NCBI GenBank assembly: GCA_043812495.1
Contig: JBDRMG010000016.1
Coordinates: 2,137 to 66,136 of the forward strand
Direction: 5' to 3'
Length of the DNA: 64,000 bases
Origin: Candidatus Omnitrophota bacterium
GTDB lineage: Bacteria; Omnitrophota; Gorgyraeia; Zapsychrales; JBDRMG01
The notes beneath the pieces were generated by a model that was not told the origin of the DNA, ran no database searches, and was given only the letters and a program-made list of their open reading frames with translations. Shown piece after piece: positions 19,612 to 28,719 of the stretch. The first letter of the stretch is position 1. Each line of letters opens with the position of its first letter. The translations under genes and the position numbers were made by a program.

Positions 19612-21204
19612 TTACACCCTAAGCATTTTAACAAAGAGAATGTCTTTTTCTTTTCTTAATTTTTCAATAACGCTCTCAGGAACCTCGCTATCAACATTGA
19701 CGACGCTGATCACGCGTCCGCCCTGCGACTCCCGTCCGAAGGTAATCCCTCCGATATTGATATTGTCTTTGGCCAAAATCGTCCCAACCGCCCCAACGAT
19801 GCCTGGCCGGTCATTGTTATTGATAAACAGCATATGGCCCTCGGGTTTAGCCTCCACATAGACACTATTGACCTTAACAATGCGCGGTTGTTTGTTGCTG
19901 GATAAGGTCCCCCAAATCGCCAAGGGTTCTTTATCTGTTTTGACTTCAACACTGATCAGATTGACAAATTCAGCCTCTTCATTCGACGTGATTTCTTGAA
20001 TTTTGATAGCCCTCTCCTTGGCCACATCCATGGCATTCACGGCATTAACGGTTTCTTCACCCAGAATCGGAGAAAGCAGGCCATAGACGAGAGCCATGGT
20101 CACAGGAACAACTTTATACTCTGTCATCGCGCCGTTGTAGGTGATTTGGATTTCGTTGATTCGACCGCTTACCAATTGCCCGGCAAATCGGCCCATGCGC
20201 TCCGCTAAATCGATATAAGGTTCAAGGACCTTATAGCTTTTGGCATCGACCGACGGAAAGTTGGTCGCGTTCACAATGCCTTTGCCCAGAAGCGCATCGC
20301 GGATAATCTGAGCCACTTCGACAGCCACATTCACCTGAGCTTCAGAGGTGGAGGCTCCCAAATGAGGCGTCGCCACGCAATGATCGAATTTAAAAAGCGG
20401 AGAATCCGCGGGTGGTGGTTCAGTTTCATAAACATCCAACGCGCAACCGGCAATCTGACCGCTCTCCAAGGCTTTGATCAGGGCTTTCTCGTCAACAATA
20501 CCGCCTCTGGCGCAATTGATAATGCGCGCCGTCTTTTTCATTATGGCAAATTCCTTATCGGAAATCAGACTTTTTGTCTCAGCGCTTTTCGGCGTATGAA
20601 TCGTGATATAATCCGAGCGTTTCAATAGATCATTGAGTTCAACCATTTCCACTTCCATTTTTGAAGCAATCTCCATGGAAATAAAAGGATCGTAAGAAAT
20701 AATGGTCATACCGAAAGATTTCGCCATCCGCGCAATGCTTGAACCGATGCGGCCCAGACCGATAATCCCTAAAATCTTGCCGTGCAGCTCAACCCCAGTA
20801 AATTTGCTTCTCTCCCACTTGCCGCTTTTTAAAGAGGCGCAGGCCTGAGGAATATTCCTTGATAAAGCCAAAATCAGACTCATGGCATGCTCGGCCGTCG
20901 ATGTTGTGTTGCCGCCGGGCGTATTCATCACCACAATTCCTTTTTTGGTCGCGGCTTTTAAATCGACATTATCGACACCGACACCCGCTCGGCCGATGAA
21001 TTTCAATTTATCGGCAGCCTCGATAATATCCGCGGTCACCTTGGTTCCGCTGCGCACCACCAGGGCGTCATACTCTTTGATGATAGATTTTAATTCATCG
21101 GGTTTGATGCCGAATTTGCAATCCACCTCAAAATCCTTAACCTCTTTGAGGATGTCCACCCCTTCGGTGGCCATCTTGTCGCTCACTAAGATCTTTTTCT
21201 TCAT
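19612..21204 (-). CDS. serA: D-3-phosphoglycerate dehydrogenase, long form with ASB and ACT domains
   Basis: GRAGVGVDNVD, GLGRIG, INCARGG, TPHLGAST.EAQ, ACT NNDRPGIVG. Confidence 0.97.
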   Translation of the reverse strand: MKKKILVSDKMATEGVDILKEVKDFEVDCKFGIKPDELKSIIKEYDALVVRSGTKVTADIIEAADKLKFIGRAGVGVDNVDLKAATKKGIVVMNTPGGNTTSTAEHAMSLILALSRNIPQACASLKSGKWERSKFTGVELHGKILGIIGLGRIGSSIARMAKSFGMTIISYDPFISMEIASKMEVEMVELNDLLKRSDYITIHTPKSAETKSLISDKEFAIMKKTARIINCARGGIVDEKALIKALESGQIAGCALDVYETEPPPADSPLFKFDHCVATPHLGASTSEAQVNVAVEVAQIIRDALLGKGIVNATNFPSVDAKSYKVLEPYIDLAERMGRFAGQLVSGRINEIQITYNGAMTEYKVVPVTMALVYGLLSPILGEETVNAVNAMDVAKERAIKIQEITSNEEAEFVNLISVEVKTDKEPLAIWGTLSSNKQPRIVKVNSVYVEAKPEGHMLFINNNDRPGIVGAVGTILAKDNINIGGITFGRESQGGRVISVVNVDSEVPESVIEKLRKEKDILFVKMLRV

Positions 21205-21207
21205 AGA

Positions 21208-22362
21208 CTACACTCCGATTTTTTGAGAATTCAATATTTTCTGAGCAGCCGCCACACCGGCTCCTTGCTTAAAGGCATAACCCATTTCTTTGAGAACCGT
21301 TTCTAAGCAGGAAATTCCCGCAATGAGATCCTCTTCGTTCACGCAACCCATGGTCGCAATGCGGAAAATTCTGCCTTTCATATCACCTTGTCCGCCGGCC
21401 ATCGTTACTCCATAGGTATCTCTCATGGTCTTGACTAATTTTCCGCCGTCCATTCCCTCCGGAACCTTAACGGCTGTGACCGCATTCGAAAGACAAGACT
21501 CATCCGTGTAAAGAGACAATCCTAAGGCCTTCATGGCTGCCCTGGCTGCTTGAGCTAAGCGGGTAAAATAAGCGAAGTGCTCCTGAAGACCGCGTTGCTT
21601 GATCAGCTTGATGCTCTCGTTAAGGGCGATAATCAAAGTAATCGCTGACGTATAGGCTGTATCTGTTTTATCCGCAGCTTTTTTGGCTTTTTTAAGATCT
21701 AAATAATATTTCGGGCTCTTGGATTGTTCAACGAGCTTCCAGGCTTTTGCACTCAGACTGATAAACGCAAGCCCGGGGGGGAGCATAAAGCCTTTTTGAG
21801 AACCTGAGACAACAACATCCACAGACCATTGATCCATGGGGAGATCATCGACGCTTAATCCGCTGATCGCATCAACCACGCAAACGGCATTCGTTTTCTT
21901 CACAATATTCGCAATCGCCTGAATATCCGTTTTGACACCCGTGGATGTCTCGCATTGAGTCACAAAAACAGCTTTGATGTCTTTGTCATTTTTGAGAGCG
22001 TTCTCAATCTGCGCGGGCTCTACGGCCTTTCCCCATGGCACCTGGATGACTTTTGGCTCAATTTTATAGGCTTTGCATAATTCCGTCCATCGCTCGCCGA
22101 ATTTTCCGCCTTCAACTGTAATGGCCTTATCACCCGGCGACAATAAATTACAGACCGCGGCTTCCATCGCGCCTGTTCCCGAGGAAGCCAGGATAAAAAC
22201 GTCATTCTGAGTTTGAAAAATATATTTGAGCCCTTCAAAGGCCTCTTTGAGATGCGCCTGAAACTGCGGCGTACGATGATGAATAATGGGCTTAGCAAAA
22301 GAAGCGTACACCTCCTCCGGTACTTTGGTCGGACCCGGCGTGAGTAACAAGTTGGTCTTCAT
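21208..22362 (-). CDS. Class V PLP aminotransferase (AGT/serine-pyruvate family), probably acting as phosphoserine aminotransferase
   Basis: LLTPGPT, SSGTGAMEAA, ETSTGV, VDAIS, GSQKGFMLPPGL; directly upstream of serA. Confidence 0.9.
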   Translation of the reverse strand: MKTNLLLTPGPTKVPEEVYASFAKPIIHHRTPQFQAHLKEAFEGLKYIFQTQNDVFILASSGTGAMEAAVCNLLSPGDKAITVEGGKFGERWTELCKAYKIEPKVIQVPWGKAVEPAQIENALKNDKDIKAVFVTQCETSTGVKTDIQAIANIVKKTNAVCVVDAISGLSVDDLPMDQWSVDVVVSGSQKGFMLPPGLAFISLSAKAWKLVEQSKSPKYYLDLKKAKKAADKTDTAYTSAITLIIALNESIKLIKQRGLQEHFAYFTRLAQAARAAMKALGLSLYTDESCLSNAVTAVKVPEGMDGGKLVKTMRDTYGVTMAGGQGDMKGRIFRIATMGCVNEEDLIAGISCLETVLKEMGYAFKQGAGVAAAQKILNSQKIGV

Positions 22363-22388
22363 GGAATTGATCCTTTCTGATATTTATT

Positions 22389-22997
22389 TTATTTCTTCTC
22401 ACCCGCATGAAGAATGACTTCATCGACGATTCCGTAATCTTTGGCTTCGCTCGCTGTCATAAAGAAATCCCGGTCCGCATCGGTTTCGACTCTTTCTAGC
22501 GGTTGGCCGGTGTGCTTAGAAAGAATTTCGTTAAGTTGTTTTTTAATGCGTAAGATTTCCTTGGCCTGAATGGAAATATCGCTGGCCGCGCCCTGTGTTC
22601 CGCCCCAGGGTTGATGAATCATCACGCGCGAATAAGGAAGCGCAAACCGTTTTCCTTTTCTGCCGCTTGACAATAAAAGAGCCCCCATGCTCGCGGCCTG
22701 ACCAATGCAATAGGTACAAACATCCGGCTTAACAAACTGAATGGTGTCATAAATCGCCAAACCTGCCGTGACAGATCCGCCGGGCGTATTGACATAGAGG
22801 TTAATGTCCTTAGACGCATCTTCGGATTGCAAGAATAATAATTGCGCAATGATGAGATTAGCGACATTATCGTCAATCATCGTTCCGACGAAAATGATGC
22901 GTTCTTTGAGCAGACGCGAATAAATATCGTAAGCTCTTTCGGCATGACCACTTTTCTCGATGACCATAGGAATTAAAATTTGTGATTTTGGATCCAT
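22389..22997 (-). CDS. clpP: ATP-dependent Clp protease proteolytic subunit
   Basis: [37 protein letters not shown]; GGAGGG RBS before ATG 22997. Confidence 0.98.
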   Translation of the reverse strand: MDPKSQILIPMVIEKSGHAERAYDIYSRLLKERIIFVGTMIDDNVANLIIAQLLFLQSEDASKDINLYVNTPGGSVTAGLAIYDTIQFVKPDVCTYCIGQAASMGALLLSSGRKGKRFALPYSRVMIHQPWGGTQGAASDISIQAKEILRIKKQLNEILSKHTGQPLERVETDADRDFFMTASEAKDYGIVDEVILHAGEKK

Positions 22998-23013
22998 TGA
23001 CTTTCCCTCCTTT

Positions 23014-23229
23014 AATGAGTGCATTGGCTTACGCGACCGAAGGGAGCGTAAGTCAATGCACGAATTAAACCCCCACACCAATTTCAGTTGGAGTGCTGAG
23101 TTTATTTAGAGAATTTTTATTATGATTTAACCTCATCTTTAAATTTTCATTCACCGTGTCAAATTGGTGTGGGGGCAAATTCGGACAAACAACTTGCATT
23201 CACTACGTTCTGCAAGTTGTGTCCTCATT
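23014..23229. mobile_element. Symmetric tripartite palindromic element (hairpin, MITE-like TIR core, hairpin)
   Basis: AATGA-hairpin-GAATT 23014-23066; perfect 15-bp TIR CCCCCACACCAATTT/AAATTGGTGTGGGGG 23070-23175; AATTC-hairpin-TCATT 23178-23229. Confidence 0.8.
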
Positions 23230-24111
23230 TGCCCAGGTGGCTTCCTTTAATAAAAACTCGATAACTTTATTCACCATATTTTCTTGCCTCTGGATCTCAA
23301 TTTTTTCAAGCTGAGCAATTTTCTCCACAATAAAATAGACCTTCAGATCCTTTTCGGCAACCTTTTCCAAATCCTTGCGCATTTGATCTTCCTTCTTGGC
23401 TATGTCGTCTTCCTTGAGACCCTGCTGTTTCATGCGCTCTTTCGTTTCTGAGAGACGGTGTTCAAGCTGTTTCTTAACGACTGCTTGAGGAACAGTCACT
23501 TTGGTATTCTTTAACAGATGTTCGACGATCTGATTTTCGACGTCAAAACGATTTTGCCGATCCTTGTCCACTTCCATTTGTCTTTTGAGAGAGTCTTTGA
23601 ACGCATCAAGGCTCGGATATCCAAGACTTTTAGCGAAACCATCATCAACCTTGGCCTCTTTTTCCTGACCTTGTCCCTTTTTGAACATATCAAAAACTTT
23701 ATTGATTTCCTCATCTTTTACCGCGGAACTCTTTCGCGTCACCTTGATCCCTTTATAATCTTTGACAATGATATCCGGCCGAATATCAAATTTCGCCGTA
23801 AAAGAAATAATGCCGTCCTTAAAAGACACGTCTTGAATTTCCGGTAGATCAATCGGTAATAACTGCTCTTTTTCGACACCCTCCTGATAAACTTCGGGGA
23901 TAACCTTCTGAATGGTTTCTTCCTGAGCCAGCTTTCCATAATGAGATTCCAGAATTTCTTTCGGAACCTTGCCCGGCCGAAATCCTTTGACCTTGGCTTC
24001 TTTGCCGATTTCTTTATAGACATCATCCATGGCTTGAGTCACGCGGTCTTTCGGAACCTCGATTTTCATCTCTCGTCTTGTTGCATCAATTTTTTTGACT
24101 TCCACTTTCAT
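23203..24111 (-). CDS. tig: Trigger factor lacking the FKBP PPIase domain
   Basis: GFRPGKVP ribosome-binding motif; linker joins directly to KVDDGFAKSLG; 302 aa; upstream of clpP. Confidence 0.92.
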   Translation of the reverse strand: MKVEVKKIDATRREMKIEVPKDRVTQAMDDVYKEIGKEAKVKGFRPGKVPKEILESHYGKLAQEETIQKVIPEVYQEGVEKEQLLPIDLPEIQDVSFKDGIISFTAKFDIRPDIIVKDYKGIKVTRKSSAVKDEEINKVFDMFKKGQGQEKEAKVDDGFAKSLGYPSLDAFKDSLKRQMEVDKDRQNRFDVENQIVEHLLKNTKVTVPQAVVKKQLEHRLSETKERMKQQGLKEDDIAKKEDQMRKDLEKVAEKDLKVYFIVEKIAQLEKIEIQRQENMVNKVIEFLLKEATWANEDTTCRT

Positions 24112-24129
24112 CGATGATGTAATCCTTTC

Positions 24130-24852
24130 TTACATGCGGAATTTCTCACCCAGATAGAGTTCCTTGGCCTTGGGATCGTTGATCAATTGATCCGCCGTGC
24201 CGGAAATCAAAACCTTTCCGTCGGCAATCAAGTACGACCGATCGGTGATGGAAAGGGTTTCGCGCACATTATGGTCTGTTAATAAAATTCCTAAGCCTCT
24301 ATTTTTCAAATCTTTGATGATTTCCTGAGCTTCGGCCACGACAATCGGATCAATCCCCGAAAAAGGCTCATCCAAAAGAATAAAAGACGGATTGGTGACA
24401 AGCGCCCTCGTAATCTCAAGGCGCCGGCGTTCCCCTCCGGAAAGCGTATAGGCCCTGCTTTTCGCTAAATGGGCGATGTTGAGTTCTTCCAACAATGAGG
24501 CGAGCCTGCGCTTGCGCTCGCGCGGGCTGATTTCCAAAGTTTCTAAGATTGCCATGATATTCTCTTCAACCGTTAATTTACGGAAGATGGACGGTTCCTG
24601 CGCCAAGTACCCGATTCCCAGATGCGAGCGTTCGTGAATCGATTTTCGGGTGATATTTTCCTGATCAAAAATAATCTGGCCTTCATTAGGCTGGATAATG
24701 CCGACCACCATATAAAAGGTGGTTGTTTTTCCGGCGCCGTTGGGTCCCAAAAGCCCGACGATTTCCGAACGCCGAACGGAAATGCTCAGGCCATCGACAA
24801 CCCGCCGGCCGCCATATATTTTGACAAGATTATTCGTCTCCAAAAGATACAT
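24130..24852 (-). CDS. lptB: LPS export ABC ATPase LptB
   Basis: GLLGPNGAGKTTTFYM, LSGGERRRLEI, LLDEPF.GIDP, TDHNVRETL. Confidence 0.97.
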   Translation of the reverse strand: MYLLETNNLVKIYGGRRVVDGLSISVRRSEIVGLLGPNGAGKTTTFYMVVGIIQPNEGQIIFDQENITRKSIHERSHLGIGYLAQEPSIFRKLTVEENIMAILETLEISPRERKRRLASLLEELNIAHLAKSRAYTLSGGERRRLEITRALVTNPSFILLDEPFSGIDPIVVAEAQEIIKDLKNRGLGILLTDHNVRETLSITDRSYLIADGKVLISGTADQLINDPKAKELYLGEKFRM

Positions 24853-25651
24853 CGGAGCCTTCCTCTGCGTAAAAAATCAATTTTGGCCGCCCGGACAGAA
24901 TCACCCTTTGATGTTCAGCTTTATACACGGCCTTTTCAGAATAGCTGGCATTATCTCCCTGGAAAATCTTCACATTTCCGGTACAGATCATTTCTGTAAT
25001 CTTATTGGATTGAGAATCAAAAAAGACTTCCATCTTGTCCGCCAAAAGCCGGCGATCTCCGTCAACAGCCACAACATTATTGTTGAAAATGGCGTTTTGT
25101 TCTTCATAATTGATTTCCAAAGGACCATCGCATGTAATAGTAATTTTTCTTTTCCCTTTGTCCTTCGATTCAACATCAACCGTAACACTAACTTCTTCGT
25201 TGAGTTGAGCTGCGTTTAAACCCGGGTTGGCCTTGGCTCCCTTGCCAACGGCGAGCATGCTCTCTTTTTTGATGACGACTTCGTCGTCCGTGCTGACTAA
25301 GTCCACATCTCGTTCCCAATTCAGCGAATCGGTCACCAGGGTCGCGCCGCTTTCCGTTGTGATAATCACATCGTTTTCAAGAAACATATTTCCGCTTGTC
25401 TTGTTCATGGTTCCGTCTTTAGCCGTTAAATGCATAACATCTTCACCATAGTTATTGGCGACAATATTTTTTATCTTAATGGTCTCTCCCAGAATATCTG
25501 CTGAATCTCCCTTGACATCCCAAGATTTCTGCCCTGTTCCATTGAAGCCGGATAAGGTAAAGCCTTCGAATTGCTGCGGTGTTTCTTCAGCGGCCGCAAG
25601 CCCTGCTGAGCAAAGAATAACGGCCAAAAGGAGGGTAATGCTTTTTAGCAT
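24830..25651 (-). CDS. LptC-LptA-like double beta-jellyroll protein
   Basis: LptC-like half (L.TDSLNW..VSTDDEV) then LptA/OstA-like half (ITITCD..F.NNV..L.ADKM..GNVKI.QG..L.G.P); between kdsC and lptB. Confidence 0.8.
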   Translation of the reverse strand: MLKSITLLLAVILCSAGLAAAEETPQQFEGFTLSGFNGTGQKSWDVKGDSADILGETIKIKNIVANNYGEDVMHLTAKDGTMNKTSGNMFLENDVIITTESGATLVTDSLNWERDVDLVSTDDEVVIKKESMLAVGKGAKANPGLNAAQLNEEVSVTVDVESKDKGKRKITITCDGPLEINYEEQNAIFNNNVVAVDGDRRLLADKMEVFFDSQSNKITEMICTGNVKIFQGDNASYSEKAVYKAEHQRVILSGRPKLIFYAEEGSDVSFGDE

Positions 25652-26160
25652 GCGTAACGCTCGATCACTTTCTGCCATTTGCCCTGCGCCTTTAAGATCA
25701 ATTCAACAACTTCACGGACCGCGCCTTCGCCGCCTTTGCGCAGGGTGATATAATCCGCTTCTTTCTTGGCCTCCTGGCATGCGTTGGCCACGCAAACGGC
25801 AAAGCCGACACGCTTGAGAATCTGAAGATCAATCAGATCATCGCCGATAAAGCAAACATTCTCATCTTTGACTTTGAAATAACGCAGCAGCTTCTGATAA
25901 GCGCCGATTTTGGGATCCGCATTCTGATAAACCTTATCAATCTTTAATCCCTTGGCGCGTACATTCACAACCTTGGAATATCGCCCGGTCAAAAAAGCAG
26001 TTTTGATGCCTACGCGCTTAGCCAAAACAAGGGCAAAACCGTCATAAATATCAAAACTTTTTATCTCCTGGCCCCGGCTGTCCAAAGTAATCTTGGCATC
26101 GGTAAGAACGCCGTCGACATCGCAAACCAAAACCTTAATTTTTTTAATAGCCTCATTCAT
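25645..26160 (-). CDS. kdsC: KDO 8-phosphate phosphatase
   Basis: DVDGVLTD, FIGDDLID, GGEGAVRE..ELIL. Confidence 0.95.
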   Translation of the reverse strand: MNEAIKKIKVLVCDVDGVLTDAKITLDSRGQEIKSFDIYDGFALVLAKRVGIKTAFLTGRYSKVVNVRAKGLKIDKVYQNADPKIGAYQKLLRYFKVKDENVCFIGDDLIDLQILKRVGFAVCVANACQEAKKEADYITLRKGGEGAVREVVELILKAQGKWQKVIERYAC

Positions 26161-26167
26161 CGTGTCA

Positions 26168-27127
26168 TCAAACCAATCCTGCTTTAAGGATGTCTTGGAC
26201 ATCCAGGAGACCGACGCACTTTTTCTTCTTATCCACTACGGGAATTTCATCAATTTTATGGTCCTGAAGGATCTTTAAGGCCTCGGCGGCCAAATGATCC
26301 TTGAGGATCGCCTTGGGATTTTTGGTCATCACTTCCTTGACTCTTCTTTTCAAAATATGGGAATCAATCTCCAGCTGGCGTCGCAGATCTCCGTCGGTAA
26401 AAATCCCGACAAGCTGTCCTTTGGAATTAACGACGCACGCCGAACCACAGCGAGCACGCGTGATGGCGAGCATAACATCTTTAACGCACGTCTGTTCTCT
26501 GACCCGCGGATTATAGGAACCGGTGCGCATAATATCTTCGACCTTTAAAAGCAAACGACGACCCAAAGCCCCTCCGGGATGAAAAACGGCAAAATCTTCT
26601 TTCTTGAACTTTTTTCGATCGATCAAGCAAGCGGCTAAAGCATCGCCCATGACTAAGGTTGCTGTCGTAGAGGCCATCGGAGCTAACCCAAGAGGACACC
26701 CTTCTTGTTTGACAGAGACATCTAAAACAACATCGCTATATTTGGCAAGGCTTGACTTAAGGTTGCCTGTCATAGCGATAGTCTTCACTCCCATCTTTTT
26801 CATAAAAGGAAGAAGCTTCTTGATTTCAACTGTCTCTCCGCTGTTAGAAATCAAAATACAAACGTCTTGATAAGTGACTTGCCCAAGATCTCCGTGAATG
26901 GCTTCGGCGCAATGCATCCAAATGCTCGGCGTTCCTGTCGAAGATAAAGTGGCTGCAATTTTGCGGCCGATAATTCCTGTTTTACCCATACCTGTTACAA
27001 TCACTCGGCCGCGGGATTTCATAATCAAATCAACAGCGGCAACAAAATTCTTATCCATGCGCTTTGTTAACGCTCGAATGGCATCGGCCTCGATGCGCAC
27101 AACTTCTTTGGCTCTTTTAATAGACAT
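26168..27127 (-). CDS. kdsD: Arabinose-5-phosphate isomerase (KpsF/GutQ; SIS plus two CBS domains)
   Basis: TGMGKTG.IG.KIAATLSSTGTPS, EAIHGDLG, FHPGG.LG, GIFTDGDLRR. Confidence 0.96.
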   Translation of the reverse strand: MSIKRAKEVVRIEADAIRALTKRMDKNFVAAVDLIMKSRGRVIVTGMGKTGIIGRKIAATLSSTGTPSIWMHCAEAIHGDLGQVTYQDVCILISNSGETVEIKKLLPFMKKMGVKTIAMTGNLKSSLAKYSDVVLDVSVKQEGCPLGLAPMASTTATLVMGDALAACLIDRKKFKKEDFAVFHPGGALGRRLLLKVEDIMRTGSYNPRVREQTCVKDVMLAITRARCGSACVVNSKGQLVGIFTDGDLRRQLEIDSHILKRRVKEVMTKNPKAILKDHLAAEALKILQDHKIDEIPVVDKKKKCVGLLDVQDILKAGLV

Positions 27128-27141
27128 TCTTATCCCCTTAA

Positions 27142-27969
27142 TTATCGTTTCCTTTTAACAACTTCATCTATGGCCTTGAGCTCTTTGAGAAGACTTTCTA
27201 ACTCTTTAAGGGACAGCATATTTGGGCCGTCGGAAAGAGCCTTCTTGGGATCAGGATGGACTTCCATGAAAATGGCGCTGCAACCCGCCGCAACAGCGCA
27301 TCGGGCTAAAAGCGGAATAAATTCACAGTTTCCTCCGGAAGCCGTTCCTAGCCCTCCGGGCTGCTGAACGCTGTGAGAGGCATCAAAGACCACCGGATAT
27401 CCGGTTTCGCGCATGATAGCGAGTGAACGAAAATCACTCACCAGATTATTGTATCCGAAACTCACGCCTCGTTCCGTTAAAAGAATTTTTTTATTTCCTG
27501 TTTTTTCGACCTTTTTAATCACTTGCTTCATATCCCAAGGAGCCAAAAATTGTCCCTTTTTGATATTCACGATTTTCCCTGTTTGCCCGGCCGCCACCAG
27601 AAGATCTGTTTGCCGGCACAAGAAGGCGGGTATCTGGATAATATCCAGAACGCTTTTGGCGCGCAAAACCTCACCGACGCTGTGAACATCACTTAAAACA
27701 GGAACACCGACCTTGTCTTTAACGTCTTTGAGAATTCTCAAACCTTTATCAATGCCCAGCCCGCGAAACGATGCAATCGAAGTCCGGTTCGCTTTGTCAT
27801 AACTCGCTTTAAAGATAAAAGGAATCTTGAGCCGACTCGTCATTTTCTTAAGCGCTTTAGCGCTTTGAAGTGTTATTTCTTCGCTTTCAATGACGCAAGG
27901 ACCGGCAATCAAAACCAGGGGATTTTGATTGCCTAAGGAAATCTTTTGACACTTAACGACTCTATCCAT
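27142..27969 (-). CDS. kdsA: KDO 8-phosphate synthase
   Basis: IAGPCVIES, KASYDKANRTS, QIPAFLCRQTDL, KKGQF, SDGPN. Confidence 0.98.
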   Translation of the reverse strand: MDRVVKCQKISLGNQNPLVLIAGPCVIESEEITLQSAKALKKMTSRLKIPFIFKASYDKANRTSIASFRGLGIDKGLRILKDVKDKVGVPVLSDVHSVGEVLRAKSVLDIIQIPAFLCRQTDLLVAAGQTGKIVNIKKGQFLAPWDMKQVIKKVEKTGNKKILLTERGVSFGYNNLVSDFRSLAIMRETGYPVVFDASHSVQQPGGLGTASGGNCEFIPLLARCAVAAGCSAIFMEVHPDPKKALSDGPNMLSLKELESLLKELKAIDEVVKRKR

Positions 27970-28708
27970 TTTCCGCTTCCCTCTTTAACAATTTTTCTGC
28001 TTCAAAAAGATCTTCTCTGACATCGATACCGGCTGTCGGACGGTCTGTTTCCACGGTTTTAATTTTGGTACCGGCCTGCAGAATCCTTAACTGCTCGAGT
28101 TGCTCTACTTGCTCCAACTGTGAGTGAGGTAAGCCTTTAAAAGACATCAAGAATTTTCTTCGGTACGCATAGATTCCCAAATGTTTGTAATAACCAATCG
28201 TTTTTGTAGCCATTTTAGCGCGGTTAAAGGGGATCACAGAGCGCGAGAAATACAGCGCATAATGATCCTTATCGATAACAACTTTGACAATATTCGGATT
28301 TTCCAATTCTTTTTCATAATCGATCGCTTTAATGGCGGTTGCCACCATGCAGGAGCGATCCTCTTTTAAGGCCTTGACCAAACCATCGATAATGCTGTGA
28401 TGAATTAAGGGTTCATCGCCTTGGATATTCACAATGATGTCAGCCTCTAAATCCTTGGCCGCCTCAATAAGACGGTCAGACCCCGACGGATGATCTTTGC
28501 TTGTCAAAATAGCCTTGGCTTTAAACTCTTTCGCCTTAGCAAGAATTCTTTCGTCATCGCAGGCAATGATCAGATCCTTGAGCGCCTTGCTTTGCTTGGC
28601 CCTCTCCCAAACATGTTGAAGCACGGGTTTCCCGCAAAGATTGGCTAAAACCTTGCCTTCAAAACGCGTTGCTCCGTAACGAGCGGGAATAATGCCAATG
28701 GCTCTCAT
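27962..28708 (-). CDS. kdsB: CMP-KDO synthetase
   Basis: IIPARY..TRF.GK.L, SGSDR, NIQGDEP, ALYFSRS.IP, EQLEQLR. Confidence 0.97.
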   Translation of the reverse strand: MRAIGIIPARYGATRFEGKVLANLCGKPVLQHVWERAKQSKALKDLIIACDDERILAKAKEFKAKAILTSKDHPSGSDRLIEAAKDLEADIIVNIQGDEPLIHHSIIDGLVKALKEDRSCMVATAIKAIDYEKELENPNIVKVVIDKDHYALYFSRSVIPFNRAKMATKTIGYYKHLGIYAYRRKFLMSFKGLPHSQLEQVEQLEQLRILQAGTKIKTVETDRPTAGIDVREDLFEAEKLLKREAENG

Positions 28709-28719
28709 GAAATCCTCAC

